NCBI GenBank assembly: GCA_965248575.1
Contig: CBDFJQ010000002.1
Span: forward strand, 1,408,001-1,472,000
Source: Planctomycetota bacterium
GTDB lineage: Bacteria > Planctomycetota > B15-G4
DNA length: 64,000 nucleotides
Reading direction: 5' to 3'
In this document: piece after piece, positions 28,321 through 37,522 of the stretch
How positions within the stretch are numbered: the stretch's first letter is position 1
Layout: every line of letters begins with the position of its first letter
Made by a program: the position numbers and the translations under genes
Notes under the pieces: model-generated
Database searches by the model: none
The model's input: the letters and a program-made list of their open reading frames with translations, nothing else
What the model was told of the DNA's origin: nothing

Positions 28321-30138
28321 ATGCTCTGCCTTCGATATGGACCGACGCTCGTCCTGTCCCTGGCCCTCTGCACGAGCCTCTCGGCACAACTCCTGAAACC
28401 CGCCCCCCGTGTCTCTGGGCTGGCGGCAGCCGAATCGGGCTGGGTCCCTTGGCGCGGCATGCGAGCCGTGCGCGAACGGGCCGTGGTTCGCTTCGAGCCG
28501 GGAACGAGTCCAGCACAGCGAGCGCAGCTCCTTGCGGCATGGGGCGCCACGCCCTTGCGCGAGCTGGGCCCCGCGATGGCGGTGCTCGACCTGCCCGGCA
28601 GCGGTCCCCTCAGCGCCACCCTGAGTCGGCTGTCCAGCAACCCTTGGGTTCGGAGCGCTGACCCCGATCTGGGCATCCCTACCGTGGGCGCGCCGCTCTC
28701 TCCCCCAGACGATCCAGCCCTCCCATTGCAGTGGGCCCTGGGGCCGGTGCGTGCCCATGAGGCTTGGGAACTCGAGCAAGGCGATCCATCCGTGGTGATC
28801 GCCGTGCTCGACACGGGCTTCGCCAGCTCCCACCCAGACCTCGCACCCAAGCTGGCCTGGCAGATGGACGCGTGGGACGGAGACGTGACGGCAGAGGACA
28901 CCGATGGGCATGGGTCCCACTGCACCGGCGTGGCCGCGGCAGCGACGGACAATGCGCTCGGCATCGCCGGGGCCTCCCATGGGTGCCGTTTCGCTGCTTA
29001 CCGCTGCGGAGAAGACACCCTGCTCAGCTCCAGCGTCGTCATTGCGAGCCTGCTGGACGCCGCCGCGCGTGGTGCCCACGTGATCTCCATGTCCTTCGGC
29101 ATGTACGTGGACCTCCCCTCTCTCCAGTCAGCCGTCCAAACTGCTGCGGACTCGGGCTGTGTGCTCGTGGCAGCCGCCGGAAACGATGCGCTCTCCGGCC
29201 CGTTCTACCCCGCGGCCTATCCCGAGGTGATCGGCGTGGCGGCCTCGGCACCGAACGACAGCCGGGCCCTCTTCTCGAACTACGGCAACTGGGTTTCGGT
29301 TGCGGCACCTGGCCAGAGCATCTACTCCACGGGCCTCGGCACGAGCTACGGCTACCGCAGTGGTACCTCAATGGCCTGCCCACTGGTGGCGGGCCAGGCC
29401 GCGCTGCTCTACGCCCATGGTGGAGGCGTTCGTTCCGTCACCTTGGCGCAGGCCGTGCGCGACGCCCTGCAAGACAGCGCCGCCCCGGTCACCGGTGGCT
29501 GGGTCGCCCATGGCCGCGTGGACATGGCGGCCGCTCTCGAGTTCATGGAACAGTCGGCGAGTGTGCAGATCGCCTCCCTCTCTCCCGCCAGTGCGGATGC
29601 GCTGGGACGCACTCCCGACGGCGCCCCCATCCTGCTGAACGGCAGCGGCCTGACCCTCGTCACGGCTGCCCTGGTCGGGACCATTCCCGTGGACGTCGAG
29701 GTGCTGAGCGACACCCAGCTGAGTTTTCAGCCGCCTCCCGCGCCCGCACTCGGTGTGCTGCCCCTTCAACTCCTGAGCGCCTCGGGCTCGAGCAATACGG
29801 TCGGTTTCAACTACACGATCGTGAGCCCACCCCATCTGCTTGTCCCCAAACAGCAGTCCGTCGGACAGCCGCTCACTTGGACCTTCGGCGCGCAGCCCCT
29901 GCACACGGCTGTCCTGCTCGCGTCCTTGTCCGCGGACACGCTTCCCCTCGGCGATTGGCCCGTCCTGGCCAGCTTCGTGGTGGGACCCGCGACCGTGTTG
30001 GACGAGCAGGGCGTCGGCACGTTCGCCGCCTCGCTTCCTGCAAATGCCGTCGGCTTGGAGCTCTTCACCCAGGTCATCAGCGGCCCGGGTCATTTCGAAG
30101 CGGCTACCCCGGTGGCAAGCACCAACATCCAGCCCTGA
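28321..30138 (+). CDS. Secreted subtilisin-like S8 serine peptidase with IPT/TIG-like and C-terminal domains
   Basis: Triad motifs IAVLDTG, GHGSHCTG and SGTSMACP; oxyanion motif AAAGN. Signal peptide from ATG 28321 (ORF track begins at 28114). Confidence 0.92.
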   Translation: MLCLRYGPTLVLSLALCTSLSAQLLKPAPRVSGLAAAESGWVPWRGMRAVRERAVVRFEPGTSPAQRAQLLAAWGATPLRELGPAMAVLDLPGSGPLSATLSRLSSNPWVRSADPDLGIPTVGAPLSPPDDPALPLQWALGPVRAHEAWELEQGDPSVVIAVLDTGFASSHPDLAPKLAWQMDAWDGDVTAEDTDGHGSHCTGVAAAATDNALGIAGASHGCRFAAYRCGEDTLLSSSVVIASLLDAAARGAHVISMSFGMYVDLPSLQSAVQTAADSGCVLVAAAGNDALSGPFYPAAYPEVIGVAASAPNDSRALFSNYGNWVSVAAPGQSIYSTGLGTSYGYRSGTSMACPLVAGQAALLYAHGGGVRSVTLAQAVRDALQDSAAPVTGGWVAHGRVDMAAALEFMEQSASVQIASLSPASADALGRTPDGAPILLNGSGLTLVTAALVGTIPVDVEVLSDTQLSFQPPPAPALGVLPLQLLSASGSSNTVGFNYTIVSPPHLLVPKQQSVGQPLTWTFGAQPLHTAVLLASLSADTLPLGDWPVLASFVVGPATVLDEQGVGTFAASLPANAVGLELFTQVISGPGHFEAATPVASTNIQP

Positions 30139-30159
30139 GCCTGACGCCTGGCTCGGGGC

Positions 30160-30810
30160 TCAGTCCTTGACCGAGACCCACAGGCCGTCGCCCACGGGAA
30201 CGATGACGGACGTCATCCCGCTCGCCGCCGCCATGTGATCGTTGAAGGCGCGCACGGCACCCACTTCGCCGTCCTTGGGCTCAGCGTCCAGCAACTCGCC
30301 GAACGCGAAGGCGTTGTCCGCCATGAACAACCCACCCTGCTTGAGCAGGCGCATGCCGTGCTCCCGATAGCTGACATAGCCAGCCTTGTCCGCATCCAGG
30401 AACATCGCGTCCACGGAGCCCTCCTCGATGTGGGGCAAGACATCATCGCCCGCACCGCGAATGACCGTGATGCGATCGGCGACATCCGACCGGGCGATCC
30501 ATTCCTCCGCGAAGTCTGCGTGCTTTGGACTCAATTCGATGGTCGCCACGCGCCCGCCCGGAGGGAGTGCCCGCGCCATGGAGATGGCTGAGTAACCTGC
30601 GAGCGTCCCCACCTCCACGACCTGGGAGGCCTTGTTCAACCGCAGCAGGATCCGCATCAGGCTCGCTTGGGCGGGATTGATCCAGATAGCCGGAATCCCG
30701 GCGGCTTCCGCTGCCGACTTGAGATCGCGCAGGAAGTCGTCATCCCCGGCGGTGCGCTCGGCCACGTAGGCGAAGTGGGCCGCAGTCAGGGTCGTGGGTT
30801 CTGCAGACAT
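30160..30810 (-). CDS. SAM-dependent O-methyltransferase (caffeoyl-CoA/catechol OMT family)
   Basis: VEVGTLAGYSA, FLDADK, ADN and VPVGDGL. Confidence 0.9.
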   Translation of the reverse strand: MSAEPTTLTAAHFAYVAERTAGDDDFLRDLKSAAEAAGIPAIWINPAQASLMRILLRLNKASQVVEVGTLAGYSAISMARALPPGGRVATIELSPKHADFAEEWIARSDVADRITVIRGAGDDVLPHIEEGSVDAMFLDADKAGYVSYREHGMRLLKQGGLFMADNAFAFGELLDAEPKDGEVGAVRAFNDHMAAASGMTSVIVPVGDGLWVSVKD

Positions 30811-30912
30811 GTCGAACTCTCTCAAGCGGGGGATGAAGATCCGGGGCGCCAGATTGTGTCTGATGGGACGCTAGAATCGAGAGCGATCATTTCCTGGAGA
30901 CATCCGTCCGTC

Positions 30913-32403
30913 ATGAAGACCTACGCCGACCTCGAACAACACTACGCCGAGATCCAGGACCTGAAGCACGGCCTTTCGATCCTGGGTTGGGATCAGGAGG
31001 TGATGATGCCCCTCGGTGGTGCGTCGGCTCGCGCGCGCACGCTGGCAACATTGACGGGTGTGGTCCACAGCCAGATGACGGGCCCAGCACTCCAGAAGCT
31101 GGTGCGTTCCCTCAGCCGGAGCAAGGCGTTGTCACGCGCCCAACGCCGGGGCGTGGAGCTTGTCAAACACCACGTGGACAAGGCCTCCAAGATCCCGGGC
31201 AAGCTGGCCCAGCAGTTGGCGCACGCGGAAAGCAGCGGCCTTGAGGCATGGCGCATCGCTCGCGCCGAGAAGAACTTCAAGCGCTTCGCGCCCGAGCTGG
31301 CGCGCATGGTGGACCTCAAGCGGGAGGAGGCCTACCTCACCGCCGGCAAGGGCCGGCCCTACGACGCCCTGCTCGACAACTTCGAGCCGGGCGCCACCAT
31401 GAAGCAGATCGACCCGCTGCTCTTGGAGTTGAAGGAGGTCACTGTCCCGCTGCTCAAACGCGTCGTCGCCGACAAGCGGCGAGTGGACATGCGTCCGTTC
31501 GTAGGCCGCTTCGATGTGGACGCCCAGCGCGCCTTCGCACGAGACGTGGCCACAGCCATGGGCATCGACTTCTCCCGTGCGCGCATGGACCTGTCGACGC
31601 ACCCCTTCTGCGGCGGCATCGGCCCAGTGGACGTGCGCATGACGGCTCGTTACGACACGAAGGACACCCGGGGCGGCTTGTTCGGCGTCATCCACGAGGC
31701 CGGGCATGGGCTGTACGAGCAGGGCCTGAACCCGAAGCGGCTCTGCAAGCCCGTGGGCGGCGCCGTGTCCATGGCCATTCACGAGAGTCAGTCTCGGCTC
31801 TGGGAAAACAACGTGGCGCGCAGCCGGGCCTTCTGGAAGCACTGGGCGCCCAAGCTGCGCCGCGCCCATCCCCAACTCAAGGGCCTCGACCTCGACTGCA
31901 TCTGGCGCGCAGCCAACGCCATCCGACCGTCCATGATCCGCGTCGAAGCCGACGAGCTGACCTACAACCTGCACATCATCTTGCGCTACGAGATCGAGCG
32001 GGACCTGATCGAGGGCAAGCTGGCCATCTCCGATCTCCCCGATCGCTGGAACTCGAGCATGCAGGAGCTGCTGGGAGTGACGCCCGCGAATGATGCCGAG
32101 GGAGTTCTGCAGGACATCCACTGGAGCATGGGCCTCTTCGGGTACTTCCCCACCTACAGCATCGGCAACCTGTACGCGGCCCAGTTCATGGAGGCGGCAC
32201 GCAAGAGCATCCGCGGCCTCGACACCAAGATCTCCAAGGGAAAGATGGAGCCCCTGAAGGACTGGCTGACGGAGAACATCCACCGCCACGACCAGCACTA
32301 CACACCGGCTCAACTGGTGAAGCGGGTCACGGGCAAGCCGCTGGGGGTCGACGCCTTCAAGAAGCACATCACGAAGACGGTGCGGGAGCTGTCCCGCGGA
32401 TGA
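30913..32403 (+). CDS. M32 family metallocarboxypeptidase (carboxypeptidase Taq-like)
   Basis: WDQEVMMP, HPF, HEAGH, HESQSR, IRVEADE, QDIHW and GYFPTY. Confidence 0.95.
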   Translation: MKTYADLEQHYAEIQDLKHGLSILGWDQEVMMPLGGASARARTLATLTGVVHSQMTGPALQKLVRSLSRSKALSRAQRRGVELVKHHVDKASKIPGKLAQQLAHAESSGLEAWRIARAEKNFKRFAPELARMVDLKREEAYLTAGKGRPYDALLDNFEPGATMKQIDPLLLELKEVTVPLLKRVVADKRRVDMRPFVGRFDVDAQRAFARDVATAMGIDFSRARMDLSTHPFCGGIGPVDVRMTARYDTKDTRGGLFGVIHEAGHGLYEQGLNPKRLCKPVGGAVSMAIHESQSRLWENNVARSRAFWKHWAPKLRRAHPQLKGLDLDCIWRAANAIRPSMIRVEADELTYNLHIILRYEIERDLIEGKLAISDLPDRWNSSMQELLGVTPANDAEGVLQDIHWSMGLFGYFPTYSIGNLYAAQFMEAARKSIRGLDTKISKGKMEPLKDWLTENIHRHDQHYTPAQLVKRVTGKPLGVDAFKKHITKTVRELSRG

Positions 32404-32408
32404 AACGC

Positions 32409-32482
32409 TGGAGGCGGCACCCGGATTCGAACCGGGGATGACGGATTTGCAATCCGTTGCCTTACCACTTGGCCATGCCGCC
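32409..32482 (-). tRNA. tRNA-Cys(GCA), CCA encoded
   Basis: Minus strand GGCGGCATGGCCAAGTGGTAAGGCAACGGATTGCAAATCCGTCATCCCCGGTTCGAATCCGGGTGCCGCCTCCA. Confidence 0.98.
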
Positions 32483-32652
32483 TAACTGCGATCGCAGAGA
32501 TCGAGGGACCATAGCAACGGATGGCTCGCAACGGTAGCCGCGAAGGGCGCTCAGCGGACGCCTGGCCTCAGGGGAGTTCGACTGGGGGCTCACATCCAGG
32601 GATGAGGGACGCTACAACGAGCCCTTCGAAACCAGCACGGCGAGGAGACCGC

Positions 32653-33735
32653 ATGGCGCCCGACGCCTCCGATTCCATGTCGCCCCCCCCAGGAGGGGCG
32701 CACGGCAAGCAGGTCAGCCAGGGCCAACAGGAGCCGGCGGCGCCTCTGCACCCGTCCAGCGCCCTGGACCCTGGCCGCAGACCCTTCCCCCTGCTCGCAG
32801 CCTGCGACCACTACGCCGGCACCGAGTCACGCATGAAGAAGGCTCTGCGCCTGCAGGCTGAGAGCCTTCACCGCTTCGACGTCACCCTCGACCTCGAGGA
32901 CGGCGCCCCGGCGGGACGGGAGAGCGAGCACGCCCAGCTCGTCGTGGACCTGCTGCGCAGCGACCTGAACGCCCAGCAGCAAGCCGGTGTCCGCATCCAT
33001 GGCCCCGACAGCCCCTTCTGGCGCGCGGACTTGGAGCGGGTGATCCGGGATGCCGGCGACATCATCACGCACCTGACGATCCCCAAGGTGGAGGGCCCGC
33101 GCCCCCTGTCCGAGGTGATTCACGCCGTGCAATCCGCCTGCGCGGCGGCGGGCATCCAGCACGAGATCCCCCTGCACGTCCTGGTGGAAACCCACGCAGC
33201 CATCCAGGACGTCTGGGCCATCGCGGCCCTGCCTTGGTTGCGCACGCTCGAGTTCGGAATCATGGACTTCGTCAGCAGTCACCACGGGGCGATCGGCAGC
33301 GAAGCCATGCAGTCCCCCAACCAGTTCGAGCACAAGCTGATTCAACGCGCCAAGATCCGCCAGGTGGCTGCCGCCCTGGGCAACGGTCTGGTGCCCGTGC
33401 ACAACGTCACGCTCGACGTGAAGGACCCCGAACAGACCCGCGCCGACGCACTGCGCGCACGACGCGAGTTCGGGTACCTGCGCATGTGGTCCATCCACCC
33501 CTCGCAGATCGAACCCATCCTCGAGGCCTTCGCGCCGGACGTCATCGAGGTAGACCTTGCGGGCCGCGTGTTGCTGGCGGCCCGAGCGGCCGACTGGGGC
33601 CCCATCTCACTCGACGGACGGCTGTTTGATCGGGCCAGCTACCGCTACTACTGGCAGGTCGTTCAGCGCGCCCAGCTCGCGGGCGTCAGCCTGGACTCCA
33701 CAGTCCGCGAGCACTTCTTCAGCACGAACGCCTGA
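32653..33735 (+). CDS. HpcH/HpaI aldolase-citrate lyase beta (CitE/malyl-CoA lyase-like) family protein
   Basis: CDHYAG, TLDLEDGA, IPKV, LVETH, FGIMDFVS, MWSIHPSQI and DRASYRYYW. Start uncertain (32521, 32653 or 32677). Confidence 0.85.
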   Translation: MAPDASDSMSPPPGGAHGKQVSQGQQEPAAPLHPSSALDPGRRPFPLLAACDHYAGTESRMKKALRLQAESLHRFDVTLDLEDGAPAGRESEHAQLVVDLLRSDLNAQQQAGVRIHGPDSPFWRADLERVIRDAGDIITHLTIPKVEGPRPLSEVIHAVQSACAAAGIQHEIPLHVLVETHAAIQDVWAIAALPWLRTLEFGIMDFVSSHHGAIGSEAMQSPNQFEHKLIQRAKIRQVAAALGNGLVPVHNVTLDVKDPEQTRADALRARREFGYLRMWSIHPSQIEPILEAFAPDVIEVDLAGRVLLAARAADWGPISLDGRLFDRASYRYYWQVVQRAQLAGVSLDSTVREHFFSTNA

Positions 33736-33777
33736 GCCCGGGCGGTCGCAGGTGAGCCGGAACCGCTCAGCTCTGAC

Positions 33778-34239
33778 TCAGGAACGCAGACCCTCAAGCG
33801 TTTCAGCGATGGCTTTGCTGTCGGGCCACTGCAGGACGGCAATCTCGAGGTAGAGGCCCACATCGGCCGGGTTGTGCTTCTCGACCATCGCGTCGAGAGT
33901 CGGCTTCACCTTGCTCTCGTCCGGCTCGCCATCGCCTTCCACCGTGCCGTCTTCGTGTTCCAAGCCCACGCCATCCAAGAAGTCCGTCACCACCTGCTTC
34001 TTGGGGCCCAGCAGGTACGCACGGATCAACTCGCCGGCGAGGTCGTCGTCACGGCTACGCAACAGGTGCGCACGCAGCGCCTTCATGCGCAAGCTCAGGG
34101 GGCGCTTGGCCACCGTCTGCGGCCGGGAGTTCAGAGCCTTTGCGATGGGCCCGTCCAAGGCGCGCTGTGCTCGCTCCTCGAGCGACTCGTAGAGCTCCGT
34201 CAAGCGTTCGGGGGACATCTCGGTCAGCAACTTGAGCAC
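33778..34239 (-). CDS. Hypothetical protein
   Basis: 153-aa ORF with protein-like composition, downstream of pepA on the same strand. Confidence 0.7.
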   Translation of the reverse strand: MLKLLTEMSPERLTELYESLEERAQRALDGPIAKALNSRPQTVAKRPLSLRMKALRAHLLRSRDDDLAGELIRAYLLGPKKQVVTDFLDGVGLEHEDGTVEGDGEPDESKVKPTLDAMVEKHNPADVGLYLEIAVLQWPDSKAIAETLEGLRS

Positions 34240-34329
34240 GGCTCGTGCCTCGCTTGGAAGGTGGATCGGGAACGTCGGGAGCCCCAGCGCAGCCCACCAG
34301 CTCGTGGTGAGTTCGCTGCGGCGAAAGCG

Positions 34330-35775
34330 TTACCAGTTGGAGAGGGCGTCGTGCAGCAGGCGCACACCAAAGCCGCTTGCTCCACCGGGGAAGTCGTTCT
34401 TGGCGACCATGTCCCAAGCCGCACCTGCAACGTCGATGTGGGCATGGGGAATGTCACCGGAGAAGTGGTACAGGAAGGCGGCCGCAGTGCACGAGCCCGC
34501 CTCCCGTCCGGCTGAGTTCCGGATATCCGCCCACTTGCTCTTCACCTTCTCGTCGTAGGCGGGGTAGCTCGGCATGTGCCACACCTTCTCGTCGGTGTTC
34601 GCCGACGCGGCTTGCAGGCGCTTCACCAGCTTGTCGTCCTTGCAGAACAGCCCGGCCGCCTCGTGCCCGAGGGCCACCACGATGGCACCCGTCAGGGTCG
34701 CCATGTCGATGATCGCTTCCGGCTTGAACTTGGTCGCCAGGTGCAAGGCATCGGCCAGGACCACACGCCCTTCGGCGTCCGTGTTGATCACTTCGATGGT
34801 CTTGCCTGAACCGGTGGTCACCACATCGCCCGGCTTGTAGGCCGAACCGCTGGGCATGTTCTCGGTCGTGCCGACGATGGCGATCACGCGCACATCCTTC
34901 GGCTTCGTCGCAGCGATGGCCTTCATCAGACCGATCGTCGCGGCAGCACCGCACATGTCGTACTTCATCTCCTCCATGCCGCCTGCGGGCTTCAGGGAGA
35001 TACCGCCCGCGTCGAAGGTGAGCCCCTTGCCGACGATGGCGACGGTGTGCTTGTAGCGCGCCGGCTTGTACTCCATCTCGAGCAGGTAGGCCGGCAAGTC
35101 GGAGCCCTGGTTCACGGCCAGGATGCCGCCCATCTTCATGCGCTTGAGAGCGGCCTTGTCGTGCGCCTTGAAGCGCAGCTTGCCCGCCGTGCAGACCTTG
35201 CGCGCCACGGACTTCAGGTGATCGGGGTCGGCGATGTTGCCTGGCAGGTCACCCAGGTCCCGCGCCAGGTTGGTTCCGTCGGTGACCGCCTTGGCGACCT
35301 TCAGCACCGCACTCGCGGCACGCACCGAAGACACCACCACCGCTTCACCGGCCGGTTGCGTTTCCGACTTCTTCGCCCCGTAGCGGTAGCTGCTCAGCAC
35401 CAGGCCTTCACCCAGCGCCGCCAGGCTAGGCGCATCGAAGGACCAGGACTTGGCCGCTCCGACGACGAGCTTCTTGGCGCCCAGGCTGGCGGCCTTGGCA
35501 CCGGCGATGAGACCCGCGCGCCGCAGAAGCTCCGAGTTCACGCTCTTGGCCTTGCCCAGGCCGATCAGCAGCAACCCCCGCGGGCCCGCAGCCGTTTCGG
35601 CATGCAGCAGCAGCGACTCCGCCGCCTTGCCCTTGAAGGCCTTGGACTTCATCAGCGCTTCCGCTCTGCGGGCCAACACGCCACCGGGCAGGGTGGTCTT
35701 GCCCTCTGGGATCAGCAGAGCAACGAGGGGGACCTTCTGGTTCAGGGCCGCGGCAGTTCCGGCGGTCAGGCGCAT
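34330..35775 (-). CDS. pepA: Leucyl aminopeptidase (M17)
   Basis: VGKGLTFDAGG, MKYDMCGAA, NTDAEGR and ATLTGA. ATG 35775 follows a GGAG ribosome-binding site. Confidence 0.95.
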   Translation of the reverse strand: MRLTAGTAAALNQKVPLVALLIPEGKTTLPGGVLARRAEALMKSKAFKGKAAESLLLHAETAAGPRGLLLIGLGKAKSVNSELLRRAGLIAGAKAASLGAKKLVVGAAKSWSFDAPSLAALGEGLVLSSYRYGAKKSETQPAGEAVVVSSVRAASAVLKVAKAVTDGTNLARDLGDLPGNIADPDHLKSVARKVCTAGKLRFKAHDKAALKRMKMGGILAVNQGSDLPAYLLEMEYKPARYKHTVAIVGKGLTFDAGGISLKPAGGMEEMKYDMCGAAATIGLMKAIAATKPKDVRVIAIVGTTENMPSGSAYKPGDVVTTGSGKTIEVINTDAEGRVVLADALHLATKFKPEAIIDMATLTGAIVVALGHEAAGLFCKDDKLVKRLQAASANTDEKVWHMPSYPAYDEKVKSKWADIRNSAGREAGSCTAAAFLYHFSGDIPHAHIDVAGAAWDMVAKNDFPGGASGFGVRLLHDALSNW

Positions 35776-35987
35776 GATGACTCCTGCTTCGATCGGTGGG
35801 GGCTGTTCGAGAACGGTGGTCGAGCCCCAAACGATGGTCTCACGGTGCTCCGGCCCGAGCCGCAGCTTCACTGCTGGGCAGGGAAGGTGGCTGGGTCCCG
35901 GGTGGCACGACGAACAACCGCCGCTGGGGTCGCAAAGCTCGGGACGTTATCACATGGGGGCACTCGCCTCGCCCCCCGGAGTCCGTC

Positions 35988-36731
35988 GTGGCCCGCCCCC
36001 CCCGCTGCCTGGTGGCCTCCCTCCAGGCACCTCAACTCGACAGCGCCACCCGGCACCACCTGGCTCGAGTGCTGCGCATGGCACCGGGCGACCCTGTAGA
36101 GCTCGTGGACGGCCGCGGTGGACTGCTCCGGGCGCGCTGGGCTGGCAAGGCTGAGCCTACGGTTGACGAAAGGGCGTCTTGCTCGGAGCCACCGGCGGAT
36201 CCCGTCTGGTTGGCTGTCGCTGCCCCCCGACCATCGCGCCTGGATTGGCTTGTCGAGAAGGCCGCCGAACTGGGCGTCCAACGGCTGCTCCTGATGAAGA
36301 GCGAGCATTCGGCGCGATCGATCAAGCAGGCTCGGGTCCTGCGCCTGCAGAAGAAAGCGCACGAGGCCATGCTCCAATGCCGCCGCCTGCATGCCTTGCA
36401 CGTCGTCCCCGAGCAGGCCTTCAGCGCGCTCCTGGCCGAGGCCCAGCGCGTCGGTGCAGACCTGTGGATGACGGACGCGCCGCCGGATGCGGCCTCGCGG
36501 TCGGACCCTGCTGCCATGGATTCTGGCGGCGATCCAAGCGAGCAGGCGCTGGACCTGCCCCCGCGCCGGCCCGGCACGCCCCTGCTTGCCGTGATCGGCC
36601 CCGAAGGAGGCCTGAGCGAAGCGGAGAAGCGCGCGTTGCAGCAGGCAGGCGCCCGCAGCGTCTGCCTCGGCAAGGGCGTCCTGCGGGTGGAAACCGCTGC
36701 CCTCGCCCTCGTCGCCCGACTTGCTCTCTGA
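35988..36731 (+). CDS. rsmE: 16S rRNA m3U1498 methyltransferase
   Basis: HHLARVLRM, LVEKAAELGV, EAMLQCRR, IGPEGGL and LGKGVLRVETAA. GTG 35988 preferred. Confidence 0.92.
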   Translation: MARPPRCLVASLQAPQLDSATRHHLARVLRMAPGDPVELVDGRGGLLRARWAGKAEPTVDERASCSEPPADPVWLAVAAPRPSRLDWLVEKAAELGVQRLLLMKSEHSARSIKQARVLRLQKKAHEAMLQCRRLHALHVVPEQAFSALLAEAQRVGADLWMTDAPPDAASRSDPAAMDSGGDPSEQALDLPPRRPGTPLLAVIGPEGGLSEAEKRALQQAGARSVCLGKGVLRVETAALALVARLAL

Positions 36732-36784
36732 GACTGCTTTCCAGTGAGGGCGTTGGCCAGGGGCTCCGGGTAGGATGCGCCTCC

Positions 36785-37522
36785 ATGACGCCGCCCCTGC
36801 GCCGCTATCTCACTTCCCTCGCTGCGGCGGGGGTCCGACGCATGCCGCGCGGCGTTCGCCAAGCCATCGCTGTCGCTGCCACGGAGCCCGAGGCAGCGCC
36901 CGACGCAAGCACGCCCAGCAGCGCAACTCCCGCAGCTCCATACGCGGCAGGCGACCCAGCCTCGGCTCAAGCAGCCCTGACGTCCCTGGCCCAGGAAATC
37001 GCCGGCTGCAACGCCTGCTCCTTGTGTGAAACCCGGACTCGCACAGTGCCGGGGGAGGGCAACCCCCAGGCCGACATCGTGTTCGTGGGCGAGGGCCCAG
37101 GAGCAGATGAGGACCGCAGCGGCCGTCCCTTCGTCGGCAAGGCCGGCCAACTGCTCGAGGACATCGTCAACAAGGGCATGAAGCTCCAGCGCTCAGACGT
37201 CTTCATCCTGAACACGGTCAAGTGCCGGCCGCCGGGCAATCGAAACCCCTTGCCCGAAGAATCCGCCGCCTGTCGTGGCTTCCTGGAGAGGCAGCTGGAG
37301 ATCCTGCAGCCGAAGGTCATCTGCGCCCTGGGCAATGTGGCCGCCCACCTGCTTCTGGACACCGAACTCTCCATGAACCGTCTGCGCCAAGGGCAGCACC
37401 ACTGGCGGCAAATCCCCGTCATCCCCACCTATCATCCGGCCTACCTGTTGAGGAATGCCTCCGCGAAACGTCCCACCTGGGAGGATATTCAACGAGTGAT
37501 GGAGATGGCCTCGCGCGCATGA
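36785..37522 (+). CDS. Uracil-DNA glycosylase family 4 (4Fe-4S type)
   Basis: [29 protein letters not shown] and TYHPAYLLR. Confidence 0.95.
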   Translation: MTPPLRRYLTSLAAAGVRRMPRGVRQAIAVAATEPEAAPDASTPSSATPAAPYAAGDPASAQAALTSLAQEIAGCNACSLCETRTRTVPGEGNPQADIVFVGEGPGADEDRSGRPFVGKAGQLLEDIVNKGMKLQRSDVFILNTVKCRPPGNRNPLPEESAACRGFLERQLEILQPKVICALGNVAAHLLLDTELSMNRLRQGQHHWRQIPVIPTYHPAYLLRNASAKRPTWEDIQRVMEMASRA

